A stretch of DNA of 64,000 nt from Octopus vulgaris (lineage: Eukaryota), in contig OX597816.1 in assembly GCA_951406725.2 (NCBI GenBank), positions 55,738,001 through 55,802,000 on the forward strand, written 5' to 3'. The position numbers and the translations under genes are program-made. Position 1 is the stretch's first letter; each line of letters begins with the position of its first letter. Below are positions 39,526 through 50,821 of the stretch, in pieces. The notes below the pieces were generated by a model. It was not told the DNA's origin. It was given only the letters and a program-made list of their open reading frames with translations, and ran no database searches.

Positions 39526-40176
39526 AATATACAGACATGTATATGTAAGTATGTATGTATGTATGTATGTATGTATGTATGTATGTATGTATGTATGTAT
39601 GTACGTACGTATCTGTAATTGAAGAGCGAGCTGGATTCTTGCTTAAGAACGACTGTACACACTCACATAAAAGTGTATATGTATGGTGCAAAGTATGTAC
39701 ACTTATGCACGTTTGTATGTAGTTGGGTTGGTATGTTTGCTGGGAGCTCATATTCGTGAACATTCTTTAGCTATCACGGTTAGTATGGCGCCACTAACAA
39801 AGTGACTGTGCAAATTTAACCACTTACGACGTCGTCTTAAATCTGTCGCTCGGATGCAGAAAGTCACAAAAAGCAGAAAGTCACAAAAAAAAAAAAGATA
39901 ATTGATTGTTGCTCACTGGTGTCAGAGAAAGAAGCGGGGAGAGAGAAAAAAACGAAAGAAAGAAAGACAGAAAGAAAGAAGGAAAGGAAGAGAAAAGCAG
40001 AAAGTGTTAGGACATGGATGTCTATAAAAAAAAATCAATGTCTGACATCTGTTAAAACCTTTCTAATATATATATCGAGAAAGCTGACCATTAATAATGA
40101 ATTCATTCATATTAAGAAATAATGTTAAAGTGTTTATCTAAAGATGCACCACTAAAATTAGATAGAGAATCGGTAG

Positions 40177-40207
<31 letters not shown>

Positions 40208-40305
40208 GATAGATACATACATACATACATACATACATACATACATACATACATACATACATACATACATAGAGAGATACAAGATGCATACCTACTTACA
40301 CGCAC

Positions 40306-40347
<42 letters not shown>

Positions 40348-40407
40348 GTATACACTTATATATATGTATATACATAAACGCACATATAAAATTATATACG
40401 CATGCAT

Positions 40408-40575
40408 AGGCGTAGGAATGGCTGTGTGGTAAGTAGCTTGATTACGAACCACATGGTTCCCGGTTCAGTCTCACTGCGTGACACCTTGGTCAAGTGTCTC
40501 CTACTATAGCCTCGAACCGACCAAAGCCTTGTGAGTGGATTTGGTAGACAGAAAGGGAAAGAAGCCCGTCGTATA

Positions 40576-40610
<35 letters not shown>

Positions 40611-40669
40611 TATATATATGGATATATATATATGTGTGTGATATATATATATATATGTGTGTGTGTATG

Positions 40670-40702
<33 letters not shown>

Positions 40703-40905
40703 GTATATGTTTGTGTGTCTGTTTGACCCCTAACATCGCTTGACAACCGATGCTGGTGTGTTTACGTCCCCGTAACTTAGCGGTTCATCGAAGAAGGCGA
40801 TAGAATAAGTACTAGGCTTACAAAGAATAAATCCTGGGGGCGATTTGGTCGATTAATGGCGGTGCTCCAGCATGGCCACAGTCAAATGACTGAAACAAGA
40901 GTAAA
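40408..40905 (+). mobile_element. tRNA-derived SINE, family C, with internal microsatellite
   Basis: A box TGGCTGTGTGGT and B box GGTTCAGTC, then CACCTTGGTCAAGTGTC. The head recurs at 48433-48540 and the tail at ~50215-50330. Confidence 0.8.
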
Positions 40906-40999
40906 GGGAGAGAGAGTATCTATATACGACTGTTTGCCTGCAATATATATTACCATTTTCGAAATCAGTCGTTGTTTCCTATGGTGTTCTATTTAAGGC

Positions 41000-43720
41000 T
41001 GATACGTTGACATAGGCTTCTTTAGCCCTCGGCGACTGATGAAGATTGATTAAATCTGAAATCAGCTCTGATATGACTCCATCTTGCTTGCCGTAGGAAG
41101 GGAGTTTGTTTCCTTTGTCAGTCGTTAGAAAAGTGGTCTCATGTGGCTAAGAGTAAATTTGGCTCTTATTTCTAGCACTTGATAAATCGTGAAGCTAATG
41201 TTAAGGTCGTTTGGGTAATGCTGGCGGTATATTCTCCACATCGTGGAAACAAAATATCGCTCGCGGCGGCGCTGGAGAGAGTAGAGTTTCAATGCTTTGA
41301 GGTGGTCCCAGTAATCGAGATCAATCATGTTCTTAATTCGTTTAGTGAAAGCCCTCTGGGGGATACAATTTTCGAGATATTTTATTTCTTATGGGGAGAC
41401 CACAGGTGACAGCAGTATTCGAGGTGTAGCCGTACAAAGGAGAAGAAAAGAGGAACTATGCCACCTTGTTCTCTGGACCGGAAGGTCCTTAAGATCCAGG
41501 AGTTCATCCTATTAGCTATATCGACCTTATTGTTGATTTGGGCACTCCAACTGAGATTGTTCCCAGATCTCTGATATTATTAGATACTGTGAGAGTTTTC
41601 CCTAGAAGAAGAGAGTGTTGTTATTTAGAGAGTGTATTTTTTTTTCAAAATGCATCAGCTCAAATTTTCCTTCGTTCAGTTGCATTTTGTTTTTGTTTGC
41701 CCATTGACTCACAGCATATAGATCAGACTGGAGTTGAGTTCCGTCTTCTTCTTCATTGATGATTTGCTGGAGCTTTGTGTCATCAGCAAACATATTCCCT
41801 TTGCTGTGTTATACGACGCCGGAGCGGGCCCAAGACAGTCCCCTGAGGGACACCACTGGTGACTTTTGCTGGGCTTGAGTGAACTCCATCGATATCAACA
41901 GGTGTTTTGTTCGCTAGGAAATACTTAATCCAGTGTAGAAGTTTTCCACGGATTCCAACATTTGCCAATCTTGAGAGTATGACATTATTATGGTCCACTG
42001 TATCGAACGCTTTACTGAAGTCAACATGTATGACATCAGTTTCGAACCTGTTCCCAAGGCTTTTACTATATCATGGATGTGGTGTAAGAGCTGTGTTAGA
42101 CAGTCCCTTTCACAGCGAAAGCTATGCTGATTTGCATTTAGGAGTTTGTGGATCTCCAGGAAGCCAGCTATGCTTGATTTTACCGCTCTTTCAAACACTT
42201 TAATGATGTGGGAGGTGAGTGAAATTGGGCGATAGTTGACAAGGAGGAATATGTTTCCCCGTTTGAAAACTGGGATAACAGACTGGGATAGTTGTTTCGG
42301 TATATAACTTGAATCTAAACAATTTCTCCAGAGGTTGGTCAGGGGTACTGCAAGTTGGTTTCTACATTCCTTCAGGAGTCTAGCAAGGAATCTATCAGGG
42401 CCTTCAGCAGAATAGTATTTGACCTCATTTATTGCTGTTATAATATTTGAGGCAGTGAAGGTTATGTCCGAGATTAAATGTTGGGAATCGACTTCGTTCA
42501 CATCCCTTACGTCAATATCAGAGGATCACTAAATACAGAGCAGTATTGTTTCTGCAATGCTGCTGCCATTTCTTTAGCATCGTATTGGGAAATGCCGTTA
42601 TCATCGATCAATGGCCCAAAGGGTGAGGCAGCGGTTCTATGATTATTTGCATATGAATAGAGCACTTTTGTGTTCTGTTTAGTTATTGGTTATTATCCAT
42701 TGTTCTTCTGCAGCTCTTTGATTTTCAATGGAGGTTTCCATGTTGGTCTGCAGCTAAAGGTTTTCCAACTCCAGCTTTTTCATTGTTGTTGAATGTAGAT
42801 GTTGTATGTGGGAGTATTTTCAATTAGTTGTTTTTTTTTATTAAGTCTTTTTATGCGCCTGATGCGAGTTTTATTTTATTTATTTTTAGAGAGCCGGTTT
42901 CTGTTTGTGTTAGTAGATCTCATAGGAGCGTGTTTTGAGCAGGTACGGGTAACAACGTTCTCAAAGTGCTGCCATGCGGTCTCAATGTGAGTGGAACTGA
43001 GAGTGAAGAACCACTCGATAAAGGACAGATCCTTTCTGATTGCTCCCCAGTCCGCTTTATGGAAGTTTATGTTGTCGAATAAGTGCAATGGAGTGGGATT
43101 GGCTGGTTTGGTTTTGATATGCTGGCAATTAAATTTGCAAACTATCATACCGTGGTCTGAGAGGAAAGTTATTTTCAACTGAAATACTGTGAACGGAGCT
43201 AGAGTAGTTGGTTACTATTAGATCCAAGATCGTTTTATTCTCTTTGTTGGTTCGAGCACTAGCTGATTCAGGAAGAATTAATTCATTAGATTAGATAGTA
43301 ATTCTGCTGCTGCTTTATCTGGTGTAGACCATTTGCCAGTTTATATAAGGAAGGGTAAAATCACCCATCACTTGTATGTTTCCGGAGTTGTATTTTTGAA
43401 GGAAGGGCTTGATTTTGTTGAAGTATTCTTTAAAGCACTTTAGGCGTACTTGGGGTGCCCTGTAAAGACCAACAATGATTATGTTTGGCCTTGTTGAATA
43501 GTGATATCGATTCACAGTAGTCATTGGGAAATATGTCCTTGGCATCAGCCGAAATGGAGTCATGGAGAAATATGGCTGTTCTCCTTTTATTTCGGTCTGT
43601 GCAATCTGCTCAGATGATGGGGAAATCTTTTATTTTTACCTCGGCATCCATATGAGTGCTTTTTAGGTCAATTTCCATAGAGATAAAAAAAAAGGGATTG
43701 GTATTTGTATTGTTCTAAGC
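41000..43720 (-). mobile_element. CR1/L2-like LINE ORF2 pseudogene (APE endonuclease + RT)
   Basis: IIVGLYRAP, GDFTLPYINW and SDHGMI (APE); GPD, NYRPISLTSHIIKVFE, QHSFR, GVPQGTVLGP, FADDTK and LYSLQRRRER (RT and C-terminus); many frameshifts. Confidence 0.92.
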
Positions 43721-43989
43721 GCTTAGTCTTATGCGTTATGTTGTTCAGAGATACCAGTGAGTGTAGTTTTTATATAGACCTGCGTGTGTGGGGGATTTTC
43801 TAGTTGGTGATTGGATGTGTTCCTATTGTTTTGCATAAATGGTTGCTGATAGCTCGTTGGATCTCCTCCTGGCTTAGTTCGGCCTTCATATTTTCTAGAT
43901 TTTCTCTCTCTCTCTCTATATATATATATATAGAAAATATTCATATATATAGTCGAGAGACCGATTCATTTAAATGCGATCTAGCTACT

Positions 43990-44640
43990 GCTTTTCAAGG
44001 TTTTTCAAGCAGCTTAATTTCCACTTCGCAGACAGCCGCCGCCATCTTTGGAACAAGCGACCAGGAATCTATACTGGTTCCAAGGAGGATATTTGTTTTC
44101 AAACGTCTGGATTACTGCTCTCAATTGTGGTCACCACACATTATCAGATAAATAGGGGAACTTGAGGCAGGCCAATGCTTACTACACCAGGAAGATTGTG
44201 TCGATGGGACAGCTGAGCTACTGCGAGAAACTTAAAGAGTTACAACTCTACATTCTGGAGCGAAGATGGGAGAGTTATGCTGCGATATACGTATGAAAGA
44301 TCTTGGAATGGCTGGCTCCAAACTTTGGTTTTCGAGAGATATACCAGTCTCTGAACGGGACGTCATTGCACTGTTCCAACTATCCCAGCTGTCCCAACTA
44401 AGGTGAGGTCCATGTACTCTAATAGCTTGGCATTCAAGGGCTTACAGCTACTTGATCCATGGCCAAAATATCTGAGAGATTTTCATGGAAAAGAGAATAG
44501 ATGTTTTCAAGAAACAAATTGACCTCCTGCTATCCAAGGTCCCAGATAAACCTTTATCAAGGTAGGAAACTGAACAGAGGGCAGCAGTGTCCAGCTGTCT
44601 CCTTCACCAAACATCTAGTCACTTAAGATTGGACATTTAC
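43990..44640 (+). mobile_element. CR1/L2-like LINE 3' fragment
   Basis: RLDYCSQLWSPH, LKELQLY.LERRWERY and ..LLSKVPD; homologous to 26600-27120. Confidence 0.8.
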
Positions 44641-44965
44641 TAGGTGATTATACTGGTGTTGCTCTAGCATGGCCACAGCTTTAAGGCCTGAAATGTATAA
44701 TAGAATAATAGAATATATAACTTACTTTTCAGTTTAGGTAAGGTCAACGACAAAAGTATTCTCTCCAGTGAGAGATAAATATTATCCAATGTACACTGTA
44801 TACAGTTATGAGGTGCTGATAGTTTCATGCGTTGGAGATGTAATGTAGGCCATGTGCTTAGAGCCTCAGGATTGAAGCCACAAGACGTTTTATTAAAACA
44901 TGCCCAGACTACATTTCCTGCGCATGAAAATATTAGTAACTCGTAACTGTAGACTCTGTATATAA

Positions 44966-45007
<42 letters not shown>

Positions 45008-45285
45008 GGAATTTTGTATGGATAATACCATACAACATTATGGTGCCTTTAACTTAAGTACCATATTCATCTGAATCTATATATATATATATATATACTA
45101 AGCAATTAAGGGTTTAGCAACGAATTGCCTTACCACACACCGAATTTAGAAATAGCAGTCAAAGAGATTATAGCTATTTCTTCTACTAAAAGGGAGATCA
45201 CAGTAAAGGCACAGCATTTGAAAGGCAAACACAAACAGGTAAAAGAGAATGAATTAACGGCAATCTATTATACAGTTTTAAGTCA

Positions 45286-45377
45286 CCTACGGACGTACGT
45301 TTCGAGATCAAGTCTTAGGAAAGCATAAGAATTAGATAACTCTACTTTACCCAGACTTCTTCTTTCATCAGCGCAGG
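45286..45377 (-). ncRNA. Type I hammerhead ribozyme (inverted unit)
   Basis: Reverse complement of the motif at 45742-45833. Confidence 0.9.
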
Positions 45378-45741
45378 ATACTAACAATCATGAATGATTG
45401 AATATTGAATTTTGAGATACTAGAAGGCACCAACTCAACTCAGTATCAGAGCGAGCTAGAGGCCACAGCTAGTATCACCAAATTCAAAGTATGAATGAAA
45501 GCTTGTGTCACCAGTCCCTTCCCACCCGCGTGTAGCCAAGACAAAGTGCCGTGGTCATTTACTGGGATGAATATGGTTTATGAGTAACAATGAAGGGTGA
45601 AATTAATTAATTTGGAACAATTATCAATTACACCAAGTAGTCTTCGGCATGTAAAAGCCTCATTTCGCTCTGATACTGAGTTGAGTTGGTGCCTTCTAGT
45701 ATCTCAAAATTCAATATTCAATCATTCATGATTGTTAGTAT

Positions 45742-45833
45742 CCTGCGCTGATGAAAGAAGAAGTCTGGGTAAAGTAGAGTTATCTAATTCTTATGCTTTC
45801 CTAAGACTTGATCTCGAAACGTACGTCCGTAGG
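45742..45833 (+). ncRNA. Type I hammerhead ribozyme, extended helix II
   Basis: CCTGCG-CTGATGA-(61 nt hairpin)-GAA-AC GTAC GT-C-CGTAGG; predicted cleavage after C45827 (GUC). Confidence 0.9.
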
Positions 45834-46327
45834 TGACTTAAAACTGTATGATAGATTGCCGTTAATTCATTCTCTTTTACCTGTTTGTGTTTGCCTTTCA
45901 AATGCTGGGCCTTTACTGTGATCTCCTTTTAGTAGAAGAAATAGCTATAATCTCTTTGACTGCTATTTCTAAATTCGTTGTGTGGTAAGGCAATTCGTTG
46001 CTAAACCCTTAATTGCTTAGTATTACTTAAATTTTCCTCGAATGAGGCTTTTACATGCCGAAGACTACTTGGTGTAATTGATAATTGTTCCAAATTAATT
46101 AATTTCACCCTTCATTGTTACTCATAAACCATATTCATCCCAGTAAATGACCACGGCACTTTGTCTTGGCTACACGCGGGTGGGAAGGGACTGGTGACAC
46201 AAGCTTTCATTCATACTTTGAATTTGGTGATACTAGCTGTGGCTTCTAGCTCGCTCTGATACTGAGTTGAGTTGGTGCCTTCTAGTATCTCAAAATTCAA
46301 TATTCAATCAATCATGATTGTTTGTAT

Positions 46328-46419
46328 CCTGCGCTGATGAAAGAAGAAGTCTGGGTAAAGTAGAGTTATCTAATTCTTATGCTTTCCTAAGACTTGATCT
46401 CGAAACGTACGTCCGTAGG
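46328..46419 (+). ncRNA. Type I hammerhead ribozyme, extended helix II
   Basis: Same motif; predicted cleavage after C46413. Confidence 0.9.
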
Positions 46420-46914
46420 GAACTTAAAACTGTATGATAGATTGCCGTTAATTCATTCTCTTTTACCTGTTTGTGTTTGCCTTTCAAATGCTGTGCCTTT
46501 ACTGTGATCTCCCTTTTAGTAGAAGAAATAGCTATAATCTCTTTGACTGCTATTTCTAAATTCGGTGTGTGGTAAGGCAATTCGTTGCTAAACCCTTAAT
46601 TGCTTAGTATTACTTAAATTTTCCTCGAATGAGGCTTTTACATGCCGAAGACTACTTGGTGTAATTGATAATTGTTCCAAATTAATTAATTTCACCCTTC
46701 ATTGTTACTCATAAACCATATCCATCCCAGTAAATGACCACAGCACTTTGTCTTGGCTACACGCGGGTGGCAAGGGACTGGTGACACAAGCTTTCATTCA
46801 TACTTTGAATTTGGTGATACTAGCTGTGGCTTCTAGCTCGCTCTGATACTGGGTTGAGTTGGTGCCTTCTAGTATCTCAAAATTAAATATTCAATCATTC
46901 ATGATTGTTTGTAT

Positions 46915-47006
46915 CCTGCGCTGATGAAAGAAGAAGTCTGGGTAAAGTAGAGTTATCTAATTCTTATGCTTTCCTAAGACTTGATCTCGAAACGTACGTC
47001 CGTAGG
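46915..47006 (+). ncRNA. Type I hammerhead ribozyme, extended helix II
   Basis: Same motif; predicted cleavage after C47000. Confidence 0.9.
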
Positions 47007-47500
47007 GAACTTAAAACTGTATGATAGATTGCCGTTAATTCATTCTCTTTTACCTGTTTGTGTTTGCCTTTCAAATGCTGTGCCTTTACTGTGATCTCCC
47101 TTTTAGTAGAAGAAATAGCTATAATCTCTTTGACTGCTATTTCTAAATTCGGTGTGTGGTAAGGCAATTCGTTGCTAAACCCCTAATTGCTTAGTATTAC
47201 TTAATTTTTCCTCGAATGAGGCTTTTACATGCCGAAGACTACTTGGTGTAATTGATAATTGTTCCAAATTAATTAATTTCACCCTTCATTGTTACTCATA
47301 AACCATATTCATCCCAGTAAATGACCACAGCACTTTGTCTTGGCTACACGCGGGTGGAAGGGACTGGTGACACAAGCTTTCATTCATACTTTGAATTTGG
47401 TGATACTAGCTGTGGCCTCTAGCTCGCTCTGATACTGAGTTGAGTTGGTGCCTTCTAGTATCTCAAAATTCAATATTCAATCATTCACGATTGTTAGTAT

Positions 47501-47592
47501 CCTGCGCTGATGAAGGAAGAAGTCTGGGTAAAGTAGAGTTATCTAATTCTTATGCTTTCCTAAGACTTGATCTCGAAACGTACGTCCGTAGG
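47501..47592 (+). ncRNA. Type I hammerhead ribozyme, extended helix II
   Basis: Same motif with one A>G in helix II (A-U becomes G-U); predicted cleavage after C47586. Confidence 0.9.
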
Positions 47593-47878
47593 TGACTTAA
47601 AACTGTATGATAGATTGCCGTTAATTCATTCTCTTTTACCTGTTTGTGTTTGCCTTTCAAATGCTGGGCCTTTACTGTGATCTCCCTTTTAGTAGAAGAA
47701 ATAGCTATAATCTCTTTGACTGCTATTTCTAAATTCGGTGTGTGGTAAGGCAATTCGTTGCTAAACCCTTAATTGCTTAGTATTACTTAAATTTTCCTCG
47801 AATGAGGCTTTTACATGCCGAAGACTACTTGGTGTAATTGATAATTGTTCCAAATTAATTAATTTCACCCTTCATTGT

Positions 47879-47965
<87 letters not shown>

Positions 47966-48432
47966 CATGTATGTTTGTATGTATATATGCATGCATGCAT
48001 ATATGTGTGTGTGTGTAACTATTTCTACCCTTGAAAAACAGTTTGAAAACTGGTATAAACCACATCAAAAATCCCTTAAAAAACTGACATTCTCAAACAC
48101 AAAACTTACTCTTCACTTGACACACATAATACTCCTTTAATGCAGGACAAAGTAGTCATATTTAAAACTAATTGGCATATTGGAGACATTAAAATAAAGA
48201 TCAAAGACAACGAAGTCACTTTGTTCCCAACCTTAGGCGAAAGCTTTTAAATCCTGCTAAATCGGATTAGTTAACAAGTGAATCCTAACTTTAATGACAT
48301 GAGGAAAGTTACGAAATTTACAGAATGGCTTATTAACAACGTAGGCCTCACCACATTTGATGGCATTCCCAATGACATTAACGACACTTTCCGTCAATTT
48401 CATGTTGTCGATTATATCTGAAACATTATTCT

Positions 48433-48540
48433 GGCGCAGGTGTGGCTGTGTGGTAAGGAGTTTGCTTACCAACCTCATGGATCCGGGTTCAGTCTTACTG
48501 AGTGGCACCATGGTCAAGTGTCTTCGACTATAACTTTGTG
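48433..48540 (+). mobile_element. SINE family C, 5' fragment
   Basis: GGCGCAGGTGTGGCTGTGTGGTAAG..GGTTCAGTC..GGTCAAGTGTCTT matches the head at 40408. Confidence 0.75.
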
Positions 48541-48857
48541 GTCGCCTTTCGCTCGGTGTCACATCGCCGGGTGCCGGAACACATCTTTACGCAAAGCGGC
48601 GGACCGGTACGGGATGTAACGTTGCGTCAGACTCGGCATCTCGAGATGTATTTTTTAAAAACCTAGTGTTTGCTATGAATTTAACTTGCTGAGAGAAGCC
48701 GCTAGCAGCTGGCGCCTGGATATGGTGTGTAGCATGACTAGTGCAGATTTCTTCTGTGGCTGAGAGATCCGATATCAAGATTGATATGCCCATAGTTACA
48801 CTATCAAAGGAAGATTTATGGTGATTCGAGTTTATGCTAATGTATCTAAAGTAGTAA

Positions 48858-49237
48858 GGAGGCGCAATGGCCCAGTGGTTAGGGCAGCTGACTCGCGGTC
48901 GTAGGATCGCGGTTTCGATTCCCAGACCGGGCGTTGTGAGTGTTTATTGAGCGAAAACACCTAAAGCTCCACGAGGCTCCGGCAGGGATGGTGGTGATCC
49001 CTGCTGTACTCTTTCACCACAACTTTCTCTCACTCTTACTTCCTGTTTCTGTTGTACCTGTATTTCAAAGGGCCGGCCTTGTCACTCTCTGTGTCACGCT
49101 GAATATCCCCGAGAACTACGTTAAGGGTGCACGTGTCTGTGGAGTGCTCAGCCACTTACACGTTAATTTCACGAGCAGGCTGTTCCGTTGATCGAATCAA
49201 CCGGAACCCTCGTCGTCGTAACCGACGGAGTGCTTCC
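48858..49237 (+). mobile_element. Full-length SINE family A, tail type 1, with target-site duplication
   Basis: tRNA-like head with A and B boxes; ATCTAAAGTA duplicated at 48844-48853 and 49238-49247. Confidence 0.9.
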
Positions 49238-49607
49238 ATCTAAAGTATTGACTGTGTTTGTGGTAGGGGAATTGTAGTGTAGATTTTATATCTAAACTAA
49301 CATCTAGAAAATGAGTTGTTTTGTGTTTTCAAAACTGATGGATAAATAACGAAATACCCAGTGTATGGAGATGATAACCTGTCACTTGGGATATCTAAAA
49401 AAACCGCTATAGGGAATTCAATAATTAATTAATTGATTAATTAATTAATTAATTAACTACTTCAAATTCATTTGACTCTAATTAGATATTTTAAATAACT
49501 ACAAATACTCGTCATACCTTTGTTTTGGCATCCTTTTTCTTCTAATACATACATATACATATATATATATATATGTGTGTGTATGTATATGTATATATAT
49601 ATATGTA

Positions 49608-49656
<49 letters not shown>

Positions 49657-49736
49657 TATATTTATATATATATATATATATGTATACATATATATATATG
49701 TATGTATGTATGTATATGTATATGTATATATATATA

Positions 49737-49784
<48 letters not shown>

Positions 49785-49787
<3 letters not shown>

Positions 49788-50200
49788 TTAATAATTAGGG
49801 TTCAGCAAAGATTTGCTTTACCACATACCGAAGTTTAGAAATAGCAGCCAAAAAACCTTAGCTATTTCTTCTATTTTAAAAAGGGACTCCCAGAGGAACC
49901 AAAATACTTGAAAACAATTCACACAGGCAGAGAAAATCAATCAATATCTGGTCATCCATGGACGCGCGTATCGGAATTAGATCGGTATAATGAATATAGA
50001 ATTATACTTTACCAACCATTTTCCTCATCAGCATGGCATTCCTCAATAATTAAATATTGAAATATTAAATTCGAGGGTACTGGAATAATTGAACATATCT
50101 CTCCACCTAACGGTATCAGGCAGATCATATTCAGTGTTAGTACCGCCGAATTCAAAATATGAATGAGGTTCGTTTACCTTCCCCGCCCATCCGCGTGTGT
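49785..50200 (-). mobile_element. Diverged single copy related to HHR family 1
   Basis: Collinear with 45096-45533 (..TTAGAAATAGCAG.., ..TTCAAA.TATGAATGA.., ..CCGCGTGT); same end point next to (TA)n. Confidence 0.8.
49956..50036 (-). ncRNA. Type I hammerhead ribozyme, core mutated (GAUA for GAAA)
   Basis: Minus strand: CCATG-CTGATGA-GGAA..(long insert)..TTCC-GAT-AC GCGC GT-C-CATGG. Confidence 0.8.
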
Positions 50201-50778
50201 CTTCAAGTAAGCATACCGATAGAATAAATACTAGGCTTAAGATATGTCTTGCTGTCGATTTCTTCGACTAAAGCCCTTCAAGGTGATGCTCCAGTATGAC
50301 CGCTGCCAAATGACTGAAACAAGTAAAAGAACAAACGTGACTTAACTCACAAAATTTACTTCCTTATCTCTGGGAATTATCTCCCTTTACTGTAAGAACT
50401 CTCAAAACTATGGTTTTGCCTTTGTTTTAAAAACCCGAGTAAAATCTTAATCGCTCGAAATTTTATCTCACCCATGTATTTCCAGCACACGAATCATTAA
50501 CATATTTGTGTATTATATATCGATTATTTATACATTTTTCAATAAGCAGAATCGCTCTATGCCTTTCGGCATAAACCTATTATAGAACTTAGTTCAAGCT
50601 GTTTCCTTTCAGAATTCATATCATGTCTAGTTGTGTCTTTGACTTTCATCTCTCTGCAATAAGATAAAATAAGCGTCATAAACATATAGACGTCGAATCA
50701 ATACAATGAATACTTAGTCCGAACATTTTGAAATAACGGGCCAAAGATAGAGATCAACAGAGACACACACACACACAC

Positions 50779-50821
<43 letters not shown>

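Larger units (their letters stand above)
45096..47882. mobile_element. Array of ~586-bp hammerhead-containing units, family 1 (retrozyme-like / non-autonomous Penelope-type)
   Basis: + units at 45665-46250, 46251-46837, 46838-47423 and partial 47424-47882, plus an inverted unit at 45096-45664. Units are near-identical, each has one HHR, and (TA)n flanks both ends. Confidence 0.92.

Noticed and set aside
45125-45328. Repeated 67-aa ORF (MPYHTPNLEI..) in four array units
   Set aside because: Starts at TTG, is antisense to the ribozyme, is broken in unit 1 and is not preserved in the diverged copy. Its recurrence only reflects DNA identity.
48858-48930. tRNA gene-like sequences (also near 1566, 4400-4476, 39130, 40408, 54600-54650)
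   Set aside because: They continue into repeated SINE bodies and lack a complete cloverleaf and terminator, so they are SINE heads.
49468-49838. Many low-complexity ORFs (poly-YI, CV, HT, YLSI, poly-Y/I) here and throughout the window
   Set aside because: Stop-free read-through of (TA)n, (CA)n, (ATAC)n, (ATAG)n and (ATT)n microsatellites.
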